DNA of 64,000 bases, from positions 53,382,001-53,446,000 of the forward strand of contig NC_043003.1 of assembly GCF_006345805.1 (NCBI RefSeq), written 5' to 3'. Under the pieces are notes generated by a model. That model was not told the DNA's origin and made no database searches. It saw only the letters and a program-made list of their open reading frames with translations. Source of the stretch: Octopus sinensis. Taxonomy: Eukaryota. A program made the translations under genes and the position numbers. Shown piece by piece: positions 48,581 through 62,460 of the stretch. The first letter of the stretch is position 1. The number at the start of each line of letters is the position of its first letter.

Positions 48581-48990
48581 TCACTCACTCACTCATGCTC
48601 TTGCTTCATGGGGTTGGAATCATACCAAGTTAATGGTCCTAGAGGCATCACCGTGCGGAGAACGGACTGGGTCCACCAGTGCCCTCCATCGCTGGCGGTC
48701 CCGTGCCAGCCCCTCTGCATTCCGATGTTGGGCAATCCAGTTTCTTCTGGTCAGTGTCGCTACAAGTTGGGGGTTCTTCTAGACTGGTTGTGGCCCTCCG
48801 CAGAATAGTCGGATGATGGGGTTGCCATCATGGCGACGAGCCGAAAATTACCGTTAGTCTGGAACTTCTCTGGGAAACGGGCCCGACTAGGATGACCCTA
48901 CCCGGTGCAAAGCTCCAGATGGTAACGCTCTCTCCGATCTACAGAACAAACAAGTCCCCTCGCCACAAGGTCAGACCCAGGAAGTGTTAC
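48581..48990 (-). mobile_element. Short bipartite RTE derivative (5'UTR-like part joined to the RTE 3' end, (TGAG)n tail)
   Basis: The minus-strand 3' part encodes AEGLARDRQRWRALVD then tgagtgagtgag; the 5' part (ccttgtggcgagggg...ggtagggtcatcc...caaccagtctagaagaa) resembles RTE 5' UTRs (from memory). Confidence 0.55.
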
Positions 48991-49339
48991 TACAAGGCTA
49001 TATACTTTCGTAGTCCATGGATTCATTTGCAGTTTATGAAATTAGAATCGACACAACATACACCAGATCCAAGATGATACGAAATTATGTTGACTGAAGA
49101 TAGAATTCATGCAGATATATTAATGTTTGTAGAACCATTCGTTATGCTAATCTTACTACAAGCTTTTCCGTGTGTCGCATACTGTTTATAGTTTGAATAG
49201 AACACGGTTTCCGTCAGTCAGAAGTACAAAACACAAAATACAACAAAATAATAAATAAGATGTGCATGCATAAGTGTGCATTACAAGCTCATTTCTAATC
49301 TATGTGCGCAGTAGCACAGGCCTGCTCTGAAACTAACTA

Positions 49340-49640
49340 GCACTCCGTCGGTTACGACGACGAGGGTTCCAGTAGCCTGCTCGTGAAATTAACGTGCGAG
49401 TAGCTGAGCACTCCACTGACACGCGTACTCCTTAACGTTGTTCTCGGGGAAATTCAGCGTGACACAGAATGTGACAAAGCTGGCTCTTTTGAATTATAGG
49501 TACCACTCATTTTTGCCAGCTGAGTGAATTGGAGCAACGAGAAATAAAGTGTCTTACTCGAAGACTCAACTCACCGCTGCGAATCAACGTTGCGATCGTG
49601 AACCGATTACCTCTTACCACTAAACCAAGCGCCTTCACGA
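49340..49640 (-). mobile_element. Family-C-related SINE
   Basis: Shares the ggaaccctcgtcgtcgtaaccgacggagtgc tail and cacgttaatttcacgagcag. Confidence 0.7.
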
Positions 49641-51914
49641 TTTGTAAAGTAGATCTGATATCATAAATGGTAAATGTATGTGTGATGAATGGACTGTTGT
49701 TTTCTCAGCATGCCAATCTCGTCATCGTATACATGTCTACGAAGGCAATGGTCTATGATAGATTTCTTTGTTGAATTCAAGAGCATAGATTCTATGATGA
49801 TTTTGAAATTAAAGTATGTCACTAAATAAGGTCCTATCTGTTAGTCAAGAGAAATGCCTACAGTTCTCTGCTAGAAGCAGAGTTCAGTTGAATTTCGGAT
49901 TACTAAAGTACAGAATTCTTATTTTAATGATCTACTCAAGTGCTACAACGCATAAAGTTTACATTAAGTATCCCACTTTATTTTAAGGTGGAATAAGATT
50001 CCAATTAGTAAAACCTCTATATAATCAGGACAGCCCTTTATGATGGTCAAAGGAAAAAAATTGAAGGTTACGAGAGTAACAAAGCGAACTTGTACTAGAG
50101 GAGAGAGGAAGTGGAGGAGAGGAAGGAAAGGAAGTGGAAGAAAAGGAAAAGAAATGAAAGGGAAAGAGGCGAAGTAACAAATAAACGAAGGAAGCTAAGG
50201 TATGGAAGGATAGGGAGGAAAAAGAACAAATTATAAAATGTTGGAATTGTGGACGTATATAAGAGAGTGTGGAAGAAAAGAGAGATATGTTGTGGATGGT
50301 GGGACGTAAATGTCGAGTTACCTGGGCTCAAAATACATGTACTCATTTGTACTCGTTGTGTGAAAAATGATGTAATGGCCACGTTGGAATCTTTTGACTC
50401 GATTCAATCATATACTGAACCCATTTTATAACGAATACAAAACCAAGGATTGGAAAGTATTCCGGATACAATTCTTTGCAGCATTTCGCCCGTCTTTACG
50501 TTTTGAATTCGAATTCCACCGAGATCGATTTTGCCTTTCATCCATCTGAGACAAGGCCTCTTTGCAACATTGTAGGCCCCTGGGAAAATCAGTGTGCTGG
50601 GCCCTTTATTTATTTATAGTAAGCAAGACAAACCATACATAGATCAGTATTGAACCCCTAGACGACTTCTCAGTGCGTCTATGTCTTAAGGCGGCACCGT
50701 TCTGGTGTCGATGAAATAAGTTGCCAGCTGAACACAAGAGTCGATATAATCGATTAGCCTTTCCCCTAAAATTTCTGGCCTTGTGCCTATAGTAAAAGGA
50801 ATATTATTATTATTATTATTATTATATTATTATTATCACGCTGGATGAAATGCTTAGCAGTATTTCGCCCGTTGGTACGTTCTAAGTTCAAATACTGCTG
50901 AGGTCAACTTTGCCTTTCATCCTTTCGGGGTCGATAAAATAAAGTACCTGTCATGGTCTAGGGTAGATATAATCGATTAATTCCCTTCATACGAATATAA
51001 TTATAGTTTAATGGTTTTATTACTTGATTTAAATTTTTGTTTAAATCTCATAAACTCCATAAATGTTTTCAAATTTACAATTGATCTATACCATAGATTA
51101 AGGATGTAAGCCGGGAGTGTCTTCTCTGAAGACCGGTCAGCAAACTATGAAACGGTCAGTCAGGAGATTCCTTCACTATTTTCTTTTTTCTGCACATCAG
51201 CAGCATAGAATGAATGTGTTTACGTTCTTATTTCATCTATGGTGAGAGTGTAAAAACTTTTCATTTTTAATTTTTTTCTAATTTACGCTGTGTTGGGCAT
51301 AAACTAATTATTATCGATTTCTTTTTTAATTTGCGTATCTTTTTTTAGATACCTTTAAAAATACAGAGAACACAATGGATGCCGGTATTATCATTTGCGG
51401 TATCTCTACAGATATTCTCCAATTTCAGAAGGCATACGATCCTCCTGAAAAGGGGCATGAACATTGAATTTCTGAATCTTGAATCATTAAATTGCATAAT
51501 GATTAGGGGTTCCGTTCCCATGTTAATTATTAAGTTGGTTTGTTTTTTTTTCTGGAAAATTGTGACACTCCAACAAGAAGGAGAAATTTGCTCGTGTGAA
51601 TTTTTGTATTCTCTGCAGCATTATCGGGATGACTTACAAAAAATACATAGAATGAGGGAAAATAAGAGCAATGAAATTTTAAAAAGTATATCGGTTGATA
51701 TAATTTATCTTTTACCTTTTGCTTGTTTCGGTCATTATACTGCGACCATGTTGGGGCACCGCCTTTAAGGGTTTAGTATTAATTTATTTAAGTTTGGTAT
51801 TTATTCTATTGGTTCCTGCTGCCGAACTGTTAAGGTACAGGAACGTAAACAACCCAAGACTGGTTGTCAAGCGGTAGTGGAGGCAAATGCAAAGACATGC
51901 GCACATGCATACAC

Positions 51915-51945
<31 letters not shown>

Positions 51946-52999
51946 CATATAGACTCGCACGCTGACGTACTTCCACGCAATTTCCATCTGCCAAATCCAC
52001 TCGCAAGTTTTTGGCTAGCCCGAGGTTATAGTAGAAGACACTTGTTCACGGTCCGTGCTCTGAGAATGAACCAGAAACCATATGAGTGCGGAGCGAGTCT
52101 CTTAACTACACAGCTATCCCTGCGCCAAAAATATTTAATGAAACCCTCTTTAATTTCTCGTAGACTTTGACACTTCCACCTATTTTTTTTATTATTATTA
52201 AAAAACGAATCATTTCATGTTCCCACAAAGTTTCTAAATTCTAATGGCGTAAACAACATACAATCCTCGCTGAGAAGACCAAAGTTTCCAAGAATGAATA
52301 CAAAAATTCGAAGGAATGCTTTGCTCCATTGGTAGGACGTCTGTCAAGTTTACAGAAGATGTAGGTTCGAGCACTGTCGGATCTTTTTTACCCAAAGGGT
52401 TTTTTTTAATCAATGGCTACACGTTAATACTTATAGCTTTATCTACTTCGAGTTCAACCGATAAAAACGAAGTTTGTCACGTTATTACGTAAGACGATGT
52501 TACTACATTTTGGCCCCAGGAAAACATATTTTCCAACTGGCTACCAACACATGGTCTCTGGGTCAGAAATTAGTAACATCGTCCTGCGTTCGACTGCCAC
52601 ATTTTGTAGGCAAATAGACTTTACTGTATGGTACTGTTACTACATATTTCTCGCTCAGAGATTTAGAACTAGTTGTTTTTCTCTTTACGAGACCAGCGAC
52701 TGTGTGTCTCTTTAAAAGTATATACTATGAGAAAGGTCGAGTAGCTGCCATCTCTAACCGGCGATTGTCCTGTACCGAGGAAGAGAAATAACCCAGAAAC
52801 TATTGGTCTACATGTATCGCTAAGGCTAGAAAGGGAGCAGTAGATTACTCACAATATACGGACACAGACCATATGTCGGTAGCCAACTGGAAAAGATGTA
52901 GAACTAGTTGTTTTTCTCTTATATATATATCTTAAAGAAATGGGTAAATACTGTTTAGAAGATGGGAAAAAGTGGCCAGCAAGCCTCCACAGATTCTAT

Positions 53000-55480
53000 T
53001 TTAAGGAAGATGGAAATTATGCAGAAAATCTACTGATTTGCTCATACAAGCACTGTCAGAGCTACGCTAAATGCAAAAGCTAATCCCCGCAAATTCCACG
53101 GAGTTTCAGGAAAGGCTCAATCAACAGAAAAGCACCTCGAGTAACCCAATGTTGCAGCAAGTATCATCTGTAAAGAGAAAAATGACAGATGCACACGCAT
53201 TCACCTGAAGATGGCCCAACACTACAGACGTTAGTGCAGGAGTACACACTAACATACAAGACCACAAGAAAAAATAATGATCACCACAGATATCTGTCAT
53301 AATCATATCAGTTCCATAGAGGTACGTTGCAATTTATAAACAGAAAATGTTCGACCACAATATGCATGGCACTTATAGAAACGCATCCAGCAACAAACAT
53401 AACACATGCGAGAAAGCATATGCCAGTGTGTTATCTTTCGTACTGACAGGAAAGCGCGAAGTTATTGAATCTCTATATACATCCATGAAGATGTTACACG
53501 CTTAGTGCTATTGTCACACTCAAACTCAGTGTTTGATACACTTATAATACATGTAATGCAACTCGATATAGTTACGTGTAAAACATCGTCTACTAGACAT
53601 TTCGAATCAGGAAGGGATCCTCATAATAACTACATTCGATCAGCATATTATTATTGTATTTCAACCTCCCTCAGCTCCAAAGGCTCGAGAGCTACATTCT
53701 TTCAGAAATGTTTTTGCATTAATGAAGACAAACAGGGTCGTCTGTACTTGACTTCGCTAAAATGCTACTCATAGAACAAATAATATTTTACCGAATCATT
53801 GGCAACAATACGCATGGGCAAGAAAAATTACGGAATTCATCCAAAATATAAAGGTAACGCCGATGGATTTCACTGATCATAACAGAATTAAGGATGTAAA
53901 GTTCAAAAGGAACTGTAGCTAGGCACCTTACAAGAGTATTCAAACTCTATTCGACTTGTAATCCCACAATGTTCACTGGAAAACATTAAAAACAAATTCA
54001 AACAAAACAGACTCGAAAGTTTTACTATCAACGACAATGACACGAAATTAAAGCGATTTTTATTTATAACGCAAGTTATAAGTTATATATAATGCAAGAA
54101 ATGGCTTCTCTCAGAAAAATATAATTCCCGTGGGAAAAAAATCCGAGGAGGCAAAGATCAATGATCTCAAATCATTTTGAGGAAAAACTCAAAGAGAGCG
54201 AATATTTTCATTTAAAAAAAGGATAATTTCAGAAATAAAATATTCCCATAAAGATGGAAGAGCAGAAAGGATTTGGATAACATAAATCGAACTCTAAACG
54301 TGTATATTCGCATCAGATCCAGCTTCAGTGCATTACAAAAAATTCATTGTTCCGAGGAGATATTCCCTTGTTGGGGGAAAATAAAAAAAAACTGACTGAA
54401 CGATTCAAATGTGTTTTCACCACCCCAGTGGGATACACACAAATATATACGTCGGTTAAGTTCGTCAATATTGCAATATTGCTTACATATGAAAGTGGCA
54501 ATCATCGATTATATCGATGTAAAGGGAGATGTAATATCAGTTACAGATAAAGTGAACCCAAACTCAATGAATGGCCCTAAAAGAGTTTCCAGAAATTCTC
54601 TTGAAGACCTACAAAATTGTTCTCGCAAAACTACTCCAGATACTTGCGGAAGTTTCCTTGCATTTGTTAAGTTCTCAAAAAGCCGGAATAAGTCGTAGCA
54701 TGTCCGATCAATAAAGGAAGCAGTAGAGTAGATGCTAAAAAATACAATTCTGACTTCACGTATCAGCAAAATCATGGAACAAATTAAACAAATTATCAAA
54801 AGGGAAATTGGTCATATTCTTATATGAAAATTACTTGTTAGCTGACAATCAACACGGTTTCTGTCCAAGAAGAAACTGCTTCCCACAGCTTATACAACAT
54901 TACGACTTGATGGTAATGCTGTATAAGCATTAACTACTCAAAAAGACAAATGTGGATATGGTATATCTTGACTTTACAAAAACATTCCACAAATTTGGTC
55001 ATGAAATGTTTACAAACCACTTGATCACATCATAGTTGGAAAGCTAGATAAGTAGGTAGATGACATTTTAAAGGACGGGAGTCAAGCTGTAGAAATCAAC
55101 TGTGTCCTTTCTGTGTGTAGCTCCATCTTGAATTATTATTGTTATAATGGTTCTCGCAGATATTCCTTCAGTTATATCAATAACTTTTCTCATTAGCTAA
55201 GCTAATGACATGAAAATATCACAGATAAATAAGCAAGAGCCCATTCATACCAAAAACCTCCAAAAATCTCTATGCAATATAAAGGCGGGCTGGGCTGGAG
55301 AAAACAGTATACGACTTCAAATAGGAAAATTTCAATCGTTTCGTTACCAACCCGTTAACGCCTTACAATTAGGATACAGAAAATGCTGCAATCTCAGAGA
55401 TGCAATCAGCACGTGAACAGAGGATCAAAATGAGTAATGAGGCATCATTTCGGGCATACACTACTGAAATATAGCAATGC
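53000..55480 (+). mobile_element. Heavily degraded CR1-type LINE (ORF1-like Cys/His region to RT)
   Basis: QHGFCPRRNC at ~54850 and VDMVYLDFTKTFHKFGH at ~54952 match CR1/L2 RT motifs; boundaries uncertain. Confidence 0.6.
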
Positions 55481-55894
55481 ACAGACTAGAGAGATACAGA
55501 GTGAAATCATTTATAATCATATATAATCATTTATGTGTCTATGTGAGCGGGAACTGGAGTTAGTACGTGTATTGTATATTTACTGTATTTATTTGTATAT
55601 ATATGCGTATGTGCAACCATATGCGGATCTGTGTGCCAACAAGCACACGAACACACACATACACACACAATAAAATCAATGAGCTGACGAAAGTGCCACA
55701 CAGTGGGACTGAACCCGGAACCATGTGGTTGGTAAGCAAGCTACTTACCACACAGCTACTCCTGCGCTTAAACACTAGAAAAAACTCCTTCCAAAAGAAA
55801 GGTTAGTGACAGCCTCGTAAAAAATTTGATAACATTTTTTTTTAAATCACCTTCAAAAACTGTGTTAAATAAATCTCAGACTTTCAAATATATT

Positions 55895-56200
55895 TATTCT
55901 TTTATTTGTTTGAGTCATTTGACTGCGGCTATGCTGGAGCATTACCTTTAGTCGAGCAAATCGATCCCAAGACTTTTTTCTTTTTAAGCCTAGTACTTAT
56001 TCTATCAGTCTCTTTTTACCGAAACGCTAAGTTACGGGGACGTAAACACACCAGCATCGGTTGTCAAGCGATAGTGGGGGAGAAAACCGCACACACACAC
56101 ACATCATACATATATATAAACATATTATATATATATATTATATATATATATAAGATATATATTATTATATATATATATATATATTATATGTATATATTAT

Positions 56201-56249
<49 letters not shown>

Positions 56250-56304
56250 ATATATATATGTATATATATATATATATATATGTAATATATATATATTATA
56301 TATG

Positions 56305-56337
<33 letters not shown>

Positions 56338-56440
56338 ATATATATATATGTATATATAATATATATATATTATATGTATATATAAATATGAATAATATAT
56401 ATATGTATATATATATATATATTATATATATTTAATTATA

Positions 56441-56494
<54 letters not shown>

Positions 56495-56742
56495 TATATA
56501 TATATATATATAATATATATAATATATATATGGTATGTATGTATTGTGTATATATATCTATTATATATAATATATATATATACGACGGCTTCTTTCAGTT
56601 TCCGTCTACCAAATCCACTAACAAGGCTTTGGTCGGCCCGTCTTCTACTATAGGTAGATATTTGCCCAAGATGTCACGCAGTGGGACTGAACCCGGAACT
56701 ATGTGGTGAGTAAGGAAGCTACTTAGCACACAGCCACTCCTG
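55895..56742 (-). mobile_element. Family-A SINE split by a ~480-bp (TA)-rich expansion
   Basis: Tail ~55895-56100, TA block ~56105-56582, head ~56583-56742. Confidence 0.8.
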
Positions 56743-56788
56743 ACCCTATACAGACAGACAGACAGACAGGCAGATAGACAGACAGTCT

Positions 56789-56872
<84 letters not shown>

Positions 56873-57019
56873 TGTTTCTTTATTAGCCACACAGGGCTGC
56901 ACACAGACAGGACAAAATTACAAGGTAGAGCTTTTCTTTTGGGGGTTTGGTTTTCGATCAAAGGGATCGTAAATGGAAAGAAAGAGGACAAAAAAAGGGG
57001 GGGATAAAAAAAGGGGGGC

Positions 57020-57067
<48 letters not shown>

Positions 57068-57069
<2 letters not shown>

Positions 57070-57545
57070 TCTTAGTTAAAGGAACAGTACTGAAAGTGAT
57101 AGACAAGTTTGTCTACCTAGCGGTTCTTGCTCCTTAGGTGATAAAATATCTTTAATGCTTCAGAAAGTAACTGATACCTTCAGGCTCCTTGAGTCTCGTC
57201 TCTGGTCCCAACATGGCATCACAAGGCGAACAAAAGCGGCTGTGAACAGTGCGTGTGCGCTGACGTCGCTCCTTTACACTTGTAACATATGAACCCTTTA
57301 TAAGCATCATGTAAGGGTCCTTGAACGCTTCCATCAGAGATGTCTGAGACATTATGAATGTTGTCTTATCCTTCTGGACTCCAAACACAGAGGCCTTGAA
57401 GAGGAACCTACATCTTGAGCATTGAGTTGATGGTGCACAAGCACCATTTATATTGGACTGAACACTTTGTTCAGATGAATGATACGACGACCCCTAAACA
57501 GATACTATGAGGTGAACTTGTTTGTGGAAAACGCCCCCAATAGAA
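57068..57545 (+). mobile_element. RTE (BovB-like) LINE remnant
   Basis: LWSQHGITRRTKAAV...LLY...TLYKHHVRVLERFHQRCLRH, with stops and frameshifts. Confidence 0.85.
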
Positions 57546-57627
57546 ACATGCATACATACGTACTTACATATCTATATAGACTCACATATATGAGAATAAG
57601 TAGGCATGTGTGCGTATGCGTGCGCCT

Positions 57628-57810
57628 GTACAGTAATCCCTCGCCATATCGCGGTTCACCTATCGCGCACTCAGTTCATCGCGGATTTTTCTGGCTAATA
57701 TATGTAAATTTATATTGCAGATTCCTCAGTATATCCGGTTTTCTGCGGCCGTTAGATGTTTATATTGTTTTCAGAAATCCAATTATTTCTATGTGAGGTT
57801 TTGGAACTTA
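57628..57810. mobile_element. One end of the Tigger-type MITE family
   Basis: cagtaatccctcgccatatcgcggttcacc is the reverse complement of the 25270/47630 ends. Confidence 0.65.
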
Positions 57811-57965
57811 ACATCTGCGATAGTCGAGGGATTGCTGCATATACTCTTTCGCTCCAGTTATTTCGCTCCAGTTATTGTGACCGCTCCAGTTATTTTACTT
57901 TGGCAATCCTTTCCTGCAATACAAATAAGTCATTTCATTTACAGACCCGTATTTTTCAAGTTTTA

Positions 57966-58318
57966 TTGCCTCCACCTTCGCTAAGGCGGAGGTATTGCTT
58001 TTCAGTGGTGTTTGTTTGTCCGTGGACAAGATACCCCAAGAACCGCTGGATGGATTCGGATGAAACTTTCAAGGATGTTTGGCCTCGTGACTGGCACGAA
58101 CTTATTAGATTTGGGGATCGATCCGGTACTGGACAAGGATTCTGGATTATTTTTCCGATTATTTTTACTTAATTTTTGAGAGCGGTCGGCTTCATTTTTA
58201 GTATTCTCGTTTGTGAGAGCAATCGAGTTTTTTTCAGATATTCTCATTTTAAAAATCATCTCTGGGAGAACGTTAGTGTTGCCTTGGCGGGAGTTTGTGC
58301 TCTTTGAGTGCTCTTGTT
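57966..58318 (+). mobile_element. Helentron-associated (HINE/DINE-1-like) non-autonomous element
   Basis: 5' cctccaccttcgctaaggcggagg hairpin and 3' ccttggcggga...gagtgctcttgtt end inserted in a T-rich site. Confidence 0.5.
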
Positions 58319-58909
58319 TTATATATTTTATTTAATTTTCCAACGTGTTAGTTTAATATGAATTGTATTTTGGAAACCCTGACGATAGGAATTTGACCAT
58401 ATTAGTTAAAGCGTATGTTGTAGACAACAATCTGAACCAGGACATCTTGGCATTAACACCCTAAAATTGAGAACCAGGAACCATAGACCCAAACAGTAAC
58501 GGCGATCAATAATTATCTACAAATGTGCAGTTAGAAAATAGCATCAAGAAAGAACTGTTTTGTAAGAACAAAAGAAAATTTTTTCATTCCCATCGAGGTA
58601 AGAATGAAAGTGATAAGATGAAAGGGTAAAGGAGTGAGGCTGGGGAAAGAACTTATGATTACAGCTAGTCGAAGGATAACCGATTCATGGGCACTTCGCC
58701 CATTGTACCGCTGACATAAGTCCTAAAAACTCCACACTCCAACAATATACATACACACACACACACACACACACACTCGCATATACACACGCTCCGTTAT
58801 ATTGACATACAACTTGTGTAGCTACAGATTTGTTATTGTAATGACATTGCTGAAGATGCTTCTGTAGCATTTGGTGCTGATGGGGGTTATCTTGGTATTG
58901 ATGATAGAT

Positions 58910-58949
<40 letters not shown>

Positions 58950-59033
58950 TTGCCAAGAAAACAAACCACACCACACATAGGTATGTATGTATATAGATAT
59001 ATATATATATATATATACATATCTATATATATC

Positions 59034-59067
<34 letters not shown>

Positions 59068-59068
59068 A

Positions 59069-59147
<79 letters not shown>

Positions 59148-59155
59148 TATCTAAC

Positions 59156-59235
<80 letters not shown>

Positions 59236-59244
59236 TATAGAACG

Positions 59245-60705
59245 AGGAAAGTCAGTCCCCAAACCCAAAACCTGTGCATCAACGATCTCTCTATCTCTCC
59301 CATTCTACACAAAGATGTAACAAGTACCTAGGCATAACGGAAATGTATCATGTGAAGGCACTGTGAATAAAGATAGAGGGGCCCGAGAATATTACACCAG
59401 ACTTTGGAAAATATGGCAGTTGGAACTTTCCTTTTACAACAAAACAATATCCCACAATGCATTTGCAGTACCAGTGCTGATCCCAACATTTCGGATACTT
59501 GACTGGTCTGTAGAGGAAATCCACTCGATAGATATCAAAACCCGCAAATACTGACAACAACTGGGAACTTCCACAGAAACAGTGATGTTGACAGGCTCTA
59601 CCTAAGAAGAAATGAAGGTGGTAGAGGCTTGAGATCAGTGCAGACGACATTCGAACACCGTATGATATCACTTAGGCAGCACCTGCTAAACAACAGCAGC
59701 AAAAATAAATATATTAATGCAGTCCTGAAAAGTGAAGTGAGCAACATTGTACGAGTTGACAGTGAACTCCTCAAGACACAGTCTCTTCCTGATGATCTCC
59801 TATACAACCACAAAACAGCTGGGCTCTCTTACCTCAGAGAAGACCTGGATGGAAAGCACTCAGCATACAAAAACAAAAAGACCATGCATGGGTATGTTGC
59901 CCGGAAGCTTGAAGAAGACAGTAGAACTGACAAAAGGAGCAGCTTCTCTTGGACACAAGACCACTACATCACATCACACTTTGAAGGCTATGCGTTTGCA
60001 ATCCAGGAACAGGAGATTTCCACAAAGTACCTGGTGAACAAGAGAGACAGTGATGCTCTTGTAATCCCAAGGTGCAACCGCATGTGTAGGCAATGTCATG
60101 TTTCTGTGGAAGACATCACGCATGTGATTAGCAGTTGTCCTAAAATGTCGTCGCGGTACTACCCACCTATGCCGCACAATGTTGTGGCTAAAACAATTTA
60201 CAATGCCATCCGCAAAGAGGAATGTCCTGAAATAAACATAGAAAATCCCTCTTACATTCATAAACACCAACTCAAGGAATACTGTTGGAATATTCCCATC
60301 AAAACTTCAGTCAAATGTAAGCATAACATGCCGGATATTGTTGTTTGGGACAGAGAGGCAAAGGTATGTTCCATCATAAAGGTTAGCTACCCCGCAGATA
60401 CAAATATCCCTATGAAAATGAAAGAAAAAGAGGATATCTATGGACAACTGCTTCGAAACCTCCAGTTTCTATATCCAGACTATGAATTCATATTCATACC
60501 AATAATAATTGGAGCACTCGGTTTTGTTAACAAATGCTAAGGAAAATCTGAATAAACTGGGATTTTCAGAAGGAGAAATTGACCGGCTGATTTGTATCAT
60601 ATATTACACCAGTACCCATCGGTTCTTTTGCCGAACTGCTAAGTTACGGAGATGTGTGAGTTGAACAGTAAAAATATGCAAGACTTTCTCAAGTTCCAAA
60701 TGTGA
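59245..60705 (+). pseudogene. 3' part of an R4/Dong-type RLE non-LTR retrotransposon (end of RT, CCHC finger, PD..D nuclease), frameshifted
   Basis: KYLG; DRLYLRRNEGGRGL; CRQCHVSVEDITHVISSC; PDIVVWD...IIKVSYP...EK...YGQL...IPIIIGALG; ends KICKTFLKFQM* before (TACA)n. Confidence 0.85.
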
Positions 60706-60718
60706 ATTTGTCTGTGTT

Positions 60719-60818
60719 AACTACATACATACATACATACATACATACATACATACATACATACATACATACATACATACATACATACATACATACATAC
60801 ATACATACATACATACAT
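60719..60818. repeat. (TACA)n microsatellite at the 3' end of the R4-type element
   Basis: Direct inspection. Confidence 0.95.
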
Positions 60819-60889
60819 AAGTGCAAATTGCATGTATACTTCGAGTCTTGTTTCTACGTTAAAAATCATCTTCCTTCATTTTCTTTTAT

Positions 60890-61235
60890 TTGTATCTTGC
60901 TTCAGTCATAGGACTGCGGCCATGCTGGGGCACCAGTTTATAAGAACAAAGCGATGCAGTACTTATTATTTGTAAATCTGGTACTTATTCTATCGGTATC
61001 TTTTGCTAAACCGCTAAATTACAGCAACATAAACAAACTAACACTGATTGTGGGATAAACACACACACACAGAAAGACACGCTTCCACGCAGTTTCTATC
61101 TACGAAATTCATTCGCAAGGCATTGGTCGACCCGGTGTTATAATAGAAAACACTTGCCCCAGTAACGCGCAGTGGGATTGTACCCGAAACCACGCGACTG
61201 TTGAGCGAGTTCCACAACACACAGCCATGTCTGTG
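60890..61235 (-). mobile_element. Diverged family-A SINE
   Basis: Tail and head both present. Confidence 0.75.
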
Positions 61236-61439
61236 ATTAAGAAATTTGGGTTAAAAAAAAACACTTACCTACAAATAGGCATATATACAAAAGCTTTGAG
61301 ATAGTAAAAAAAAAAAGCTATATCAAATGCGATGTATATGAAAGTTTATTTTATTTATTTATTTATTGTATTTTTATTTATTTTGTGGGGAAACGTTATA
61401 TATACCAGAAGCTGAATATATATATATATATATATATCA

Positions 61440-61737
61440 CCGTGACCGACCAGGCTATCAGATGTTGCTACACATCGCTGGTCACAATGCGCTTTGCATT
61501 GTTTTAGCCTTCGAATGACGCCACCCTGCTGGCTAAGCGAGCAGGCCAACAGAAGACAGAGTGAGAGAAAGTCGTGGCGAAAGGGTACAGCAGGGATCGC
61601 CACCACCCCCTGCCGAAGCCTCGTGGACCTTTTAGGTGTTTTCGCTCAATAAACACTCACAATGTCCGGTCTGGGAATCGAAACCGCGATCCTACAACCG
61701 CGAGTCCGCTGCCCTAACCACTGGGCCATTGCACCTT
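61440..61737 (-). mobile_element. Family-C head with an alternative 3' body
   Basis: Head matches 36798 but the body after ctgctgtac differs. Confidence 0.7.
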
Positions 61738-62113
61738 ATATATATATATATATATATATACATATATAATATATATAATACATATACATAATATATATAT
61801 ATACATAGATATATATACACATATTATATATACATTATATATATCACATATATATATATACATATATATATATTACATATATATATATACATATATAATA
61901 TACATATATATATATACATATATATATCACACATATATATATACATACATATATATATACATACATATATATATACATACATATATATATACATATATAT
62001 ATATATACATATATATATATACATATATATATATATACATTATATATATACACATATATATATACTATATAGATATATATATATATATATATATATAACA
62101 TATATAATTAATA

Positions 62114-62148
<35 letters not shown>

Positions 62149-62259
62149 ATATGATATATATATATATATATAAATTACATATATATATATACATATATAT
62201 ATTATATATATATATATATATAGACATATATATATAGTACATATATATATATATATATC

Positions 62260-62297
<38 letters not shown>

Positions 62298-62378
62298 CTA
62301 CATATATATATATATATTATATACTACATTATATATATATATACATATATTATATATATACATATATAATATCTAGAT

Positions 62379-62422
<44 letters not shown>

Positions 62423-62460
62423 TACATATATATAATATAATATATATATATATATATATG
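61738..62460. repeat. Long (TA)-rich microsatellite
   Basis: Direct inspection. Confidence 0.95.

Noticed and set aside
57152-57388. Minus-strand 78-aa ORF as an exon
   Set aside because: It is antisense to an RTE RT remnant.
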